From the NCBI GenBank assembly GCA_900088475.1, contig FLMG01002768.1:1-46611 (forward strand): a DNA stretch of 46,611 nt. Reading direction: 5' to 3'. The translations under genes were made by a program, and so were the position numbers. This DNA is from Hyphochytrium catenoides (lineage: Eukaryota; Protista; Hyphochytriomycota). Every line of letters starts with the position of its first letter. Position 1 is the first letter of the stretch. Positions 11,135 through 26,554 of the stretch are shown piece by piece. Under the pieces are notes generated by a model. The model worked only from the letters and a program-made list of their open reading frames with translations, was not told the DNA's origin and searched no databases.

Positions 11135-11439
11135 TGTAGCTGATTATGTTGAGTCTTAGAATTTACAGATACATTGGTTTTTCTTACAGTTCAAGGTACA
11201 CATGCAACTCTAGGTAGTAACGGACGAGGACAGAACATGCGCAGAGACGGTGGCGGTTGCTTGTCTGGAGCTGAAGAATCGGCGAGAGCTTTGCAGAGAG
11301 TCTCAGTGTGTCTTCAGTTCTCGTTTAACTGAGATTCAATAAAGCTTGCTCAATCCGCTGAGATCCGCGTCGTTATTATTGTTCAATCTTTACTCAGAGT
11401 AGTGGATCCTTAGGTGTCAAGAAGGGCCATTATTCTATA
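11135..11439 (+). repeat. Putative gypsy 3' LTR
   Basis: Starts TGTAG after purine-rich GGGAG, contains AATAAA at 11338, ends CTATA (likely mutated CTACA). No second copy in the window to confirm the ends. Confidence 0.55.
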
Positions 11440-12262
11440 ATGTTTATTTTTATGGTGATGTGATCATGGCGGACTTGGAGAGGGGAGCTCTTCTTGTTCT
11501 TATATTCCTTTCCAGTCCGTTATTCATTTCTTTCCTGTGAGCAATGCTTTCGATAGGATCCTCTCAGCGCAGCTACTAGGTTAAGCACCTCTTCCTTCTT
11601 GCCTTTACGAGCTCATCCTGTCATCATCACGATCATAGTGGCCCGAACGCATGAAGTTCCATTATTCAACCATCATACATGACGATAGTAAGCGGAGTTG
11701 ACAATATTCTCCGTTATTACTTGATAATTTCCTCGGTTATGCCTTACTGTCGTCGCCATCAGCCCACCAGGCCCCGCCATTGATTCTCCATCATTCTGAA
11801 ATAGAAAGGCCATCTAAACAATGAGTACCAATCGGTGCTTGTCAATAAGGCGGAAACTATGATCCCGGCGTCTGTGCCCTACTCTCATGATATTTCTGCT
11901 CCGCTTCTCCCCGCTGAACGAATAACATCTGTGCAAACGAGGATGCTGCACCGGGCCTCTTGAAATGCCATACAAAACGTTTCCGGCAGCCGCCATAGTA
12001 GTAGTTTACAATCAATACAGTCAGCTATCCTCTCCTAAGTAGGACAGGCTATTTCTATAGTACATTGACGGGGGTTTCTCTTCACAGAGAAGGATGCTCG
12101 ACCTCAACTGCATGCCGGGAATCACACTGAGCAGATTAGCACTACCAAGGAACACAGTTCAGCGGTAGGCAGAGAGCTGCTGTCACCTGCTCAGGAGCCA
12201 GCTACAGAGATTTAATGCCGTTGCGCAGCTCACAACTACTCTTCACTACCGGCAACTGTATA

Positions 12263-15138
<2,876 letters not shown>

Positions 15139-16721
15139 TTCCTATAACAAAAGCTTTTCTTCATCGCGGTCTCTCCATCGCCGCCATATCTGTCCAACAT
15201 CCAGCTTTGCCAAAGCCCGCTCCATCGTAGATAGGGAGGAATGAAGCAACTATTTAAGGCATGTTCGTGCTTTAAGTCAGCCAACTTGCTCAGGCCGATC
15301 TGTCTGTGTCTCTCGCACTGTCAATCTCCCTTTGCAGGGACACAAGTCAGAGCCGATAGAGAGGTCTTTTGGAGGAAAGGAGACCGTGGCGGTGAAAGTT
15401 CTCTTTCTTCGCTGTACGTGAGAAGGAGTGATGATGATGGATGCGGTCAAGCAGAGGAGAAGCCGCACCTGAAAGACGAACAGAAAGCGGGTCAGAAAGC
15501 TGAGAACACACCAAGCAAGGAGAAGCACTACGGTTGGGCGCTGGACAGAGGTGAAGCTGCCTTGGAAGTCTCGCTCCGGCTGTTGATGAGACAGAGATAG
15601 GGAGGCTCAAGCGTCAGGAGGAGGCAGCAGAGAGAGGCAGGCAGCGGGAGGAGGGTCGCCGCCGGCGCAGGTTTGACAGGAGGAAGGCGTCAGAATCTCC
15701 ACCTCGCGCTGACGCTATTTTCAAATTTCCATCTCTTCTGGTCAAAGGAAAACGAATGCTGGCAGAAGAGACATGACAGCAAGGACAAAGAGGAGATGAA
15801 ACACCTAGTAATATAAAGCGGGACTGTTGGGAGAGGTAGCAAGGCAGGGAGACAGAGGTGCGAACTGTGATAACTGACTCCAAAGACTACGAGGGGCCGC
15901 CTGAATCTGGGCGGCACTCCGCCCCTCTGACAACTCCTCCACAAAGGCCCACAATGGGTGGGAGTAAACTCGTTCCCTATACTAAGGGGAGAGGATGGAT
16001 GGGCATTCACTGGCCCCTGCTCACATGGTTTCTCCGTTTGCAATTAATTGGCGATTAGATTTTTGCATGTTACCCCAGCAGTTATTCCCTTCCGTCTTGG
16101 CTCCCCAGTCCACTCCTACATTATATTAGACTTGGGCTCCAGGTTCTGGGAAAGTTCTCCATGTTAGGTGGACGCCAAAATCCCTCTACTGCTTATAAAA
16201 GCCCTCGCTCATTGGAATGTCATCTACTCGTACGACGAGGGAGGAAGAGATGAAAGGGCGCGGTACTGGTAGAACTACTCTTCTCACCCGACCAGGACGG
16301 CAGGACAGTAGTTCGACCAGGGCTCATGCATCCTGATGACCTGACGAGAGCCATCTCTAGAGGATCATCCCTCACTCGCTCCACCCACTGCTCCGCGCTC
16401 AGCGGCGCCGGTGGAGAGGGTTACGAGACGAAGATGACATGTCTGATAGGAGGGAGGCAACGTGCCTCACCTTGACCTGGCCATCGAGCTTCATGGAGTG
16501 GTAGCTCCGTGATACATCAGGCAAAGTCTTTCAAGGCCAAACTGAGGATCTCCATTCCTTTCCGTTGACTTTCCTTTCGATAGAGTCTTCGGTCCTCTTC
16601 GTGCGGTATTTCATTGTCTAGAGGTGTCATACTCTCGACTACCTCGTCCGCATAGCGGTACCCCACACAAATTTATTGTGAACAGAGAGGACAAGCCTTC
16701 CGCTCATCGCCGGCGGACAGG

Positions 16722-18052
16722 ATGAGTGGTGAAGCTGTGGATGTGTTCTACCATCTTTTCCGTAGGCTTGCGACCGGCGAAACATCTGCGCGACGCTATT
16801 TGAGCACTTCCTCCCTATCCCTGAAGGTTTCAGAGGAAGAGTCACCCGTCGTACCGTGTCAATGGTTGCACTGTGAGGAAATTACCGAGCCTGAGAACCT
16901 TCCTTTGGGCTCCGCATCCTTCTCCTCGTAAGCGTTTATATATCGCGATTTCTCCCTAGTGAGCAGTCAGCTAACTCCGTTCTTTATTTCAGGACTGAGT
17001 TGAATGTGATATCCGACCAGCCCCTCACCTTGGCTCCTGATAGCTCAGTGGAGCCTTGCCGTCCCCGGTTCCGTCAAGCTAATAAACGGGAGCTCCTGAA
17101 AGAGCTAATGAATGGTATCCAGGCAGTTCAGGCAAAGACGGAGGCGGCCCGGCGGCGGCAGGAGGAAGAATCAGAGGTAGATGGGCTCAATTTATAAAAG
17201 TGGTTACTTCTTAGTGACTGCGGCAAGACCAAAATCTTTAATTCCACCATCTCCAATCTGTATGCAGATGGTGAAGACTTTTGAAGCTGCGGTACGAGTT
17301 GTCAGACGAGTGCGTCAAGCAAAGAACAAAGAGCGTCTACAGGTTGCCGAGAGGTTGCTAGAAGATATTACAACGGAGATGACTCAATTCAGGTCCTCGT
17401 AAGAATGCATCTAGGCTCCAACTCCGCCTATAGCGCTTGTGGTCACTACCTTTTTTGTGGGTTTGTACCGTGATGATGATGCTCTAACTTCCTGCAGCTC
17501 GACTCTACCTACTCCTGCTTGTTGACTGTCTTCATCTTTCTAGCTGGTGCTACCTCTCGGTCCCTATATCCTGCGTCCGGTTCTAATCTCTATCAAACTT
17601 ACACCACAGGGAGTCTCTGAGCGCGCTTGAAGAATTGACTGGTGCGAAAGACCATCCCACAGTCTCGATGTCGGCCGCCGCCAGTCGTTCGGATGATTTC
17701 TCCTACAACGTACGGGTTTGCAGGTATCACAAGAAAAGACAGCACATGGTGGCGGTCTGCGGTACCGAGATGTGACGAAGGAAGAAGGAGCGAGAGAAGA
17801 AGAAAGGGTAACTGATAGAGCATGTGCAAAGAGGACGACATGAGTTGTGCCTGTAAATGCAGACATACTAGGCATGAGAGAGAGAGACATCGGGAACCGA
17901 GAGAGGCTAGGTGACCTTACTCAGTTCTGACATATTACAGTTCAATCATCCAGCACCTGGAGGAACTGCTTGGCCTCAACGGTGGAAAGGAAGGAGTCCA
18001 CAGCAGGATCAAAGGACGTCCCAGACTGAACAGACCAAAGCCCTCTCTGTGA
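16722..18052 (+). CDS. Hypothetical ~210-aa protein with a helical/coiled-coil core
   Basis: Exons 16722-16927, 16993-17176, 17268-17398 and 17941-18052 join in frame through GT-AG introns. No family recognised; start and last exon uncertain. Confidence 0.5.
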
Positions 18053-18144
18053 CTCAACAAGCGCGTATGGCAAGACACTAAAGTGGAGCCCCCGAATATA
18101 AATCAGAGAGAGAAAGTTCCAAGATTCATGGTTTAGTTCTACTA

Positions 18145-21100
18145 CTATAGGCGCACAGGCAGTCCGGATTGCTGCAGATGCTCCTTCACTTCCTGAATCT
18201 TGACTTCCTGCCTATGAAAGATACCTGCCGCCAACGCCGCATCGCAATGAGTTTCTCTGAAAGCAAGAAGTGAAGCAATCAGCTCGAGTTACACATTGGG
18301 ATAAGAATCTCAATCTCTCTCTCCAACTTTATTGCATCGGTCCTACTCCACAACCGCCCCAACCCCGAGCAAGACAGTTCTTGCTACCAAGAATCGTCCA
18401 GACACACCACCGGCCGCATCCGTCCCGAATCGCGGGCCCTTTCCATGGTTACCTACGATGCTGCACCTCTGCTGCTCCATGCATGCTCCCACACATTGCC
18501 AGCTCCTAACATATCCTTCCTCCCTCCACTCACTGCTGTCAAATATATACGAGAGCAGCAAAGTGCAAGAGCAGAAAAAGTCTTGTCCCTATCCCGTCCT
18601 GCTCCACTCTCTCTCACCAAAAGAACGCACCTAAAGACGTCTACAAAGTGCTGTGGACAACCCGCCCCACTGGAGGCGATCACTGGGATGCTGACTGCCG
18701 CCTTCACAGCCGCGAGCAGAGAGAGGTCATATCCGGCATTCTGGCCGTCCATGTCCACACAGTTCACTAGCAGCTCACCGGCACCGAGCTCCTCCACTGC
18801 TTTAGCCAAGTCGATGGCGTCAATGTCTCTTCCCTCTCTTCCTCCCTTCACTGTACATTGGTACCAGTAGTACTTTTTGCCCTCAGAGTTGGGTGAATCC
18901 GTGTGGAAGACAGTGTGACGGCCTTCCACTTCATCAGGTGAGGAGATGTAGACTCTCTTTGGGTCAATAGAGACCACCACCGCCTGTCGTCCGTAGCGCT
19001 GAGAGATCTGTTCTATGGAGGAGCTCCCGTCTGGCGAGCCTGATTGAAGAAGGTGCTCTGCTGCATAGACCGCATCGCTACCTGTAGTATTTAAGGGGAA
19101 AAGGGAGGACGACACAGCTTGAGCGTTCCAGCGATTGCTTAGGTTGGAGACTAAAGCAGCACCTAGAGGGGTGAAAGGGGTTTCTATAGCGCTTTCCGAG
19201 TTGAGAAGCTCTTTTCCCCACTATCAAGCACATTCTTTTTTACAGTCGGCTTCCTACTGTCACAGAACAATCAATCAGCTAATGGAAACTGCACGGCGAA
19301 CCCATCCCGTGCTTGTTGCTGCCCACATGATAGAGGACTGGCTTTTTTTCCTTACCGAGGGAGACCTTGTCCGCACCGGCCCTGAAGTATTGAGAGGCGA
19401 CCTCTAGGGCGCTCCAATTGTTGCCTTCTTTGTCGGTGTACGCTCGGATGCCGCCTCCTACCGTCAAAGGAACGAAAACGTTCTCTGAGGTTGCCTCTAG
19501 CACCCTCAGCATTGGAGTGTCTCCAAGAATCTCCTCTCTGAAGCTTGTGATATTAAGGAAAACAATCTCATCTGCTCCCTGAGTTTACGCCATATACAGG
19601 GGGAGAAACAGGAAGGCAGGAGTACGAGGCTATAAGAGGAGGATGGCGGGGAGCACATGCACAAGCTACGTCACTCCGTCATGCCCACTCACTCTCAATG
19701 GCCATCAGTTTCTAACAGTATCGCTCAACTACCCTTTCTCCGCTTCAACCTCCATCATACTTGCCATTGATCAATAAAATCATCAGCCTTTCCTCACCGT
19801 ACTCATTCATCGCGATCCCATTCACTTACATCTTCATAGTAACGTCGTGCCAGTTCAACAGGTTTCCCCATATTTCGCACTTGGCCCGCTCCCTCATGAC
19901 TCGTCTCTCTGACGTCGTACTGGTCCCCTTTTGTGACCACCAGATCCCCCGCATCATTCGTGCGCACATCCAAACACCTGGTACAACAAGAGATACGCAG
20001 AACCAAATAAATAAGACCAATAAAGCCGATGGAGAGGTAAAACGACTATAACGTCTAGTGAGGACGCAAGATCAGTTCCGCTTAAGTCTGGCGGAAGAAG
20101 GATAAGGGCAAAAGGTCGGGCAGCTTACGCTATGACTCTCTTGGATAAGCACGCTTGAGGAAGGATAGCGGCTGGGTTGGCAGTGGGCTTGTCTTCGGTA
20201 GACGATGAGAGGAAGCTCTGAATAATGCTGATCCCTAAGTGTCCGCTCTTCTCTGGGTGAAACTGTGTAGCCATCACATTTCCCTTCTTTACAGCACTGT
20301 GAGGAAGAAATGGCAGTGAATCATCAGGGTTAGCTTGAAAGGATACTAGGACGAAGGGGACGGATTGGACACCCGACTTCTTCTCTCTCCACCTCGGGGA
20401 GCTGCTAAGTAACCAGCCTCATCTCCGCTTCTTGATTCCCACCCCTCACAGCCCACCATCCCCAGCTTGCTTGGAAGGCCATGCTCCCTCGCACCCTGAA
20501 CATTTACCTCACAAACTCTTGCCCGTAGTTTGTGGTGGCCAAGATCCAGTCCCGGTTCTCATCAGAGGGTAGCACGCAGTAGGAGTGCACAAAGTAGACC
20601 CGGAGTTCCCCCTTCCCTTGCTCCAGTAATGGATCGAAAATGGTCGAACCCTTGTGGAGGCGGAGGCCATTCCAACCAATGTGGGGGATGGCTAGCCCAC
20701 CTGCTGGGAAGCGCTTTACAGATCCCTTTATGACACCCAAGCCCTAGACGACGAGGCCGAGTGAGATAAAGAGGTAGCAGCCGAGAATGGTGACCACCAG
20801 GTCTAGAGAACAGCACAACCACAAGACCACCAGTATACGGGAAGTGTCACAAAGAGTGGCACACAGTGAACTACTATGATGCTCCTCACCTTGACGCCAG
20901 GCGACTCCTCGCTGTCCTCAAATAATGTCTGAAGGCCCAGACATATTCCCAAGAACGGTTTATCTGCTTGGAGAAACCTGAGGGCCAGACTTAGCGTCGT
21001 TATTGCAATCCGCCTCTGAGAGACCACGGTTACCTCTTCAGCGGCTCGGCGTATCCCTTCTCTTCAAGAAAGGCCATCGTGGCGCCAAAGCTGCCAACTC

Positions 21101-21315
21101 CCGGGAAGATGAGCTTATCGGCCTTCTCGATGTCCTCTGGTGACGTGACATCGCGTACCTGAAATCCTGCTTTCTGTATGGCATTTCTATGCCAGCGAAT
21201 GCAAATAAGACAAAGTGGACTCTAGCTCTCAGATAGCAGCGACTAACCTGACGCTCCTGACGTTACCAGCGCCGTAGTCCAACAGCCATACGTGGGGTAT
21301 CTCTTCTTTCGCCAT
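18145..21315 (-). CDS. HIS7: Bifunctional imidazole glycerol phosphate synthase HisH-HisF (9 exons)
   Basis: [31 protein letters not shown] (glutaminase triad), then [41 protein letters not shown]. Confidence 0.97.
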
Positions 21316-21956
21316 GAGCCGGACAGCAAACGCACTGGTCTTGAGGCAGGCGTTATTCAGAAGGTCCGTTTCGACACAGTGGCAGTGTGACTTCTGACAC
21401 ACGTTCTTCCCGCCCCTGGAAGGTCTACCGCAGTCGTTACACTAAGAAAGCAGCTTCTTGCGCCCTCTCTGTCTGGGGCTCCGCAGCGCCCTCACTTCGT
21501 GCATCAATGATGTGAGCTAACAATAACATAGGCAGCAGTGGGGCTTGCGACAAAAGTTGAGGTTCGTGCGAAGGCGAGAGGGAGGAGACAGAGTGACAGA
21601 GGCCACCACCAAGAGAACAAAGAAGAATCTCCTGGCTCTTCTGATGCTGTCCTCTCAAGCTCTGGAGCTGCCCTCTCACTCCTTACTCGCTCTCAGAACA
21701 CAAGAACCAAGGACCCCAACACTGCGGTTAACTGAACAGTGATTCCTTATCGATTACTGATGCATTGTATACATCTAGCCCCAATCCGACAAACAGCTCT
21801 CCTACAACGCGGTACGAACGCTTCCACCTCCCCGCTCCCCGATCACAGCAGCCCCGCCGTTTGAGACGCCTTCTCTCTCTCTCAATGAAAGTGGTGCTGG
21901 CAATTCCTTCTCTGTGTTCCCCTCAGTCCTTGCGCACTCCACGCACTAAAACGCTG

Positions 21957-22076
21957 GAAGCCTTGAAGCTCTGAATCTCTGAGGCTTTGAAGCCTTGAAG
22001 ATTTGAAGTTCTCAACCTTTGAAGCCTTGAAGGTGTGAAGCGCTGATGCGCTGAACTTCCAAAGAACTGAAGAGCT
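21957..22076 (+). repeat. Degenerate 8-bp tandem array (consensus GAAGCYTT, 15 units)
   Basis: gaagcctt gaagctct gaatctct gaggcttt gaagcctt gaagattt ... in exact 8-nt register. Confidence 0.85.
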
Positions 22077-22390
22077 AGACAGCTGCAGTCAAGGCGTCAA
22101 TCCCTAGACAGGACTTTATTTTGGTGGCTTTGAGAAAGATAGAAAGGGCAAAGGGCTAGGTGATAGCCTCCTTTCGTGACCGGTGGCCAACGGTTAGACT
22201 GCCCTCTTCATGTCCCTCCCCCTGCCATTGGCAAAGACCTTAACTCGGACGATAGAATGAGCCTTCCTTGAGGGAAGGACTGCCGGGTCACTGGGAGCTA
22301 GCCTGATAGTACTGCTGGATAAGGCATGGTTGGGATGCTACTTATGTGCTAGTCGCCGCCTAGGAGTTGCTTGAATACTTCTTGAAGACA

Positions 22391-25300
22391 ATGGACAAAG
22401 TCCAGATAAAGATAGCCCCAGATGGTATCCTGTCCAGCGCCGAAATTAGCAATGGGCTGGAACACGCCCGCCGCTCAGCCTCGGGCGCAGCCTCTGCAAT
22501 GTCAGTGGAGGATCTAATCGGGAACCTTTCCTCAAGCATGACGCACGGACTCTCCTCAGCGGAGGCCAGCAGACGGCAGTTGGCGAACGGCCATAATGAG
22601 TTCACCGTGTCAGAGGAGGTGGGTCGGCTACTTTTAAGGTTCTAGCCCGTCTACACTACTAGACTGTCTTCCAGTGCCTCATCAGTCGTTATCACTTCGC
22701 ACCCTTCCTTTCGTCCTGCCTGCATCGCCTAAGCTTTCATCGGAGCCGCTCTCGTGCTGGCTCTTCCAACAGAGCCCTGCAGAGAACACACTCATCACTT
22801 GATGTCTCCGGGTTTCTCTCGGAGTTCGCCCTCTACCTCAGTCTTGCCTTCTACTACCTCACTCGTCTCTGTCGCCTCTTTGTAGGAGCACATCGTCGTA
22901 AAGTTCCTCGAGCAGTTTAAGAACCCTCTGATTATGCTGCTGATGGGTTCCGTCTTCGTCAGCGTTCTCATGGGACATTTGGACGACGCAGTCAGCATCA
23001 CTATGGCCATTGTGATCGTGGTGACAGTCGCGTTTGTGCAGGAATATCGTTCGGAGAAGTCGATAGAAGAGCTCAGTAAGCTCGTTCCGCCCCGTTGTCA
23101 TTGTATAAGAGACGGAAGCGTGATGGACCTCTTAGCCAGAGAGCTGGTGACTGGAGATGTGATTACTTTGGCAGTGGGAGACAGGGTGCCCGCGGACTGC
23201 AGACTATTCGAGGTCTCGGAACTGCATATTGACGAGTCTTCGCTTACAGGCGAAACGGATCCCGTAGAGAAGTATGTCACCATCTTGCCCAACGGTCCTG
23301 CTCTGCCAGTGGCAGAACGGAAAAATGTCGTGTATATGGGCACCCTAGTCGTGAAGGGTAGGGCGAAGGCATTGGTGGTGGGGACAGGAGAGGCTTCAGA
23401 GTTTGGCGCTGTGTTCCACATGATGCAGGAAGTAGGAGACAGGAAGACGCCCCTACAGGAGAAGATGGATGACCTAGGAAAGCACCTCTCCATGTTCTCC
23501 TTCGGCGTGATTGCCTTCATTGGCCTAGTGGGACTTATACGAGGTCAGCCGTTGATGAAGATGTTTACAATCGGCGTGTCTTTAGCTGTTGCCGCCATTC
23601 CGGAGGGCCTTCCAATTTGTGTGACAGTCACCCTGGCTCTTGGTGTGATTCGTATGGCGAAGAAGAGTGCCATCATTAAGAAGCTCCCAGCTGTTGAGGC
23701 TCTGGGGTGCACCAACGTGGTCTGTGTGGACAAGACCGGTACTCTCACACAGAATGAAATGACTGTGACCGAAATCTATCTTCCCACGGAGGGACAGCTT
23801 GTTGAAGTGGCGGGTGGCGGCTATTTTGAAGATGGCGTGCTGCGTCTAGGCCCCGCTAGGGTGGATGCAAAGACCCACCAGGGGCTTAACCGGTTGATGC
23901 AAGTTGGAGTGCTTTGCAATCACGCCCGCTTGACGGTCAAGGAGAGAAAGCTCTTTGGACAGCCCACAGAAGGCGCCCTCTTGGCGTGCGCACGCAAAGC
24001 TGGGTTGGGTGAGCAGTTTAGAGAAGGCTTCGAGGTGACTCAAGAGATTCCTTTCAACTCCGACAGAAAGTGGATGGCCGTTCAAGCGCGACCGGCTAAT
24101 GATGCCACTCAGGCCAAGGTCTGGTACATGAAGGGTATGTTCGAGGCCATTCTTCCTCGATGCTCAACAATAGAGCTCCGTAGCGGAAGTTTGGGTCAGT
24201 TTTCGAAGCAGGACGTGGCTAAGGCAGAGGCTGAGGCCAGCCATATGGCTCAACGAGGACTGAGAGTGTTGGCATTGGCGTACGGCTCCAGCGTAGAGGA
24301 AAAGCTGACCTTTGCTGGGTTGGTGGGCATCATTGACCCTCCACGAATGGGGGTAGCGGATGCTGTGAGTGCTATGGCTTCCAGTGGAGTTCGCACTGTG
24401 ATGATTACTGGAGACTCTAGGGATACTGCCATAGCAGTGGCTCAGAAGCTGGGCATCTTTTCTCCAGGAGTCAACCTTGCACTGTCGGGGGAGGAAGTTG
24501 AACGCCTTTCTCTCGCTGACTTTGAAGAGAAAGTGTCGTTAACGACTGTCTTTTATAGGACAACGCCCAGACAGAAGTTGAAGATTGTTCAGGCTATTCA
24601 AGGAGTAGGGGAGGTAGTTGCAATGACGGGAGATGGTGTGAATGATGCCCCGGCTCTGAAGGCTTCAGACATCGGCATTGCAATGGGCCGATCTGGAACT
24701 GACGTGTCGAAAGAAGCTGCGCACATGATCCTGGTTGACGATAACTTTTCTACCATCATGGGGGCCATGGAGGAGGGGAAGTCTATCTACTATAACATCA
24801 AGAACTTCCTCCGTTTCCAGCTCTCGACTTCGGTCGCGGCGCTCACCCTTGTAACTCTCAGCACTGTCTTTGGCATGCCCACCCCGCTGAACGCTATGCA
24901 GATTTTGTGGATCAACATTATCATGGATGGACCTCCTGCACAAAGCTTAGGCGTGGAACCGGTGGACCACGATGTAATGAGAAGACCTCCACGGCGAAAA
25001 GATGACTCCATGATCACTCCTCAGCTCGTAGAAAGAGTGTTAACCTCTGCGTTCATGATTGTCTGCGGCACTTTGTACATCTTCCTCACCGAACTGGAGG
25101 ATGGGGCACTAACGCGGAGAGATACGACCATGACGTTCACAACTTTTGTCCTATTTGACATGTTCAACGCGATGAGCTGCCGCTCAGAAGGAAAGTCGAT
25201 ATTCAAGATTGGGCTCTTTTCTAACAAGCACTTCTGCTGTGCCGTAGGAGCTTCGCTGGTGAGTCTAACTTTGAGATTGTCGGGCAGTATGGGGAGGCAG

Positions 25301-25766
25301 ATTCGCCTCAGCACTCCACGGGCTATAACTTCAGCTGCTGCGCTTCTTCCGCTCTTATCATCTTTGTTGCGCTTCTTCATCAGTCACCGGTAGTATGAAG
25401 GGTTAATAGTTTTCTCCTTTTCTCTGGCTCGTCTCCACGTAAGTCGTTTCTGCTGTTCTGTTCAGCCCTTTTCGCCCTGCCTTTCCATCTTCTCTTTCCT
25501 CTAGGGAGCATCTTTCTCTCCTTACGTTCTGCCTTCATACTAACCGTTGCGACCAGGTGGGCCAGCTGCTGGTGATCTACTTCCCTCCCCTTCAGCGTGT
25601 GTTCCAGACAGAAGCGCTCACTCTCTTCGATCTCGTAAAAATTGCTGTGCTTGCCTCTTCGGTTCTTGTGGTTGATGAGTTAAGGAAGTTGAAAAAGAGC
25701 GGGAGGACCATCTCGGCAGGCTTTTACCGCCGGTTAAGACCCCGCGACCAGTCCAGTATAGTGTAG
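22391..25766 (+). CDS. PMR1: Secretory-pathway Ca2+/Mn2+ P2A ATPase (SPCA/ATP2C type); exons 22391-22618, 22886-25258, 25557-25766
   Basis: SSLTGET, AIPEGL, DKTGTLT, MITGD, GDGVNDAP and the SPCA-diagnostic WINIIMDGPPAQSLGVEP. Confidence 0.97.
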
Positions 25767-26554
25767 AGCGGTTACCACTAGCGCCAGGCCACTTCATCAA
25801 AAGCAGAAGCGCATACAAAGTGCCTGAGGCTCGGACATCGTGAGGTCTTAGTGGAGTCAAACGAGCTCTGAGTTATAAGCAGGCAGAGACAGACGACCCC
25901 AGGTCAAGATAGGATGGTGAGATGAGAAAGATGTTCTATGGGCCGGAGCTCTAATATTATGTTAGCAACAACAAAGAAAGAACCCAGGTGCTATGATACT
26001 TCAAGGCCACAATAAAGTCAGCTAAGCTCATGGCAATTCCCTACTGGGACATATCGGCCAGATCATCTGTTGAGCCTCTGAGTCCTTGTCAGCAGTCTCC
26101 TTCAAACCCCTTCCTTTTTCCCTGCTCAGCTTGAGCTGCCGCTCTGCTTGTGCCGCATAGGGATGACTGCCAACTAAACACTGCAGCCGATCTCAGCTGC
26201 CCACCAAACTCCTGCTTACTATACACTGTCTTAACCACATCTGTGATATACCCCTAGACCCATGCAATTTGGTCTGAGTTCTGCTCAGACCGTTAAGGGA
26301 AGCTCTAACATCCTAATATACAGAGCAAGACTAGGATCCATAGCACACTTCAAGCAGGGAAATGATGGACCTGAGCTGAGGCCCTACACCTGCACTTTCT
26401 GCCGGGGTCAAGTCCAGGCATGTCTTAGAGCTCTTCTTAGGGGCCAGATTTGATAGGTCATTGAATTTGATAGTGGGAAGTCAGCGAAGGCTTAGGCTCC
26501 ATGAGATGATATCTTGGCAGAATAGGGAAGGCTTAGGCTTGAGCCTTAGCACTG

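Larger units (their letters stand above)
7815..11439 (+). mobile_element. 5'-truncated degenerate Ty3/gypsy retrotransposon (RT-RH-IN plus 3' LTR)
   Basis: RT (DFRRLNK, YPLPR, VAYID), RNase H (PFIVSTDAA, IAYASRSL), IN HHCC (FHDSPIEGSHLG...CKTCQ), IN core, C-terminal GPY...VHVSHLKRY. Gypsy domain order; many stops and frameshifts. Confidence 0.93.

Noticed and set aside
12041-12110. U3 snoRNA-like ATTTCTATAG
   Set aside because: Only about 10 nt match; no box A, B, C or D context.
23098-25380. Antisense ORFs over PMR1 (likewise over CLASP, p62 and HIS7)
   Set aside because: Shadows of the sense coding frame, with no independent motifs.
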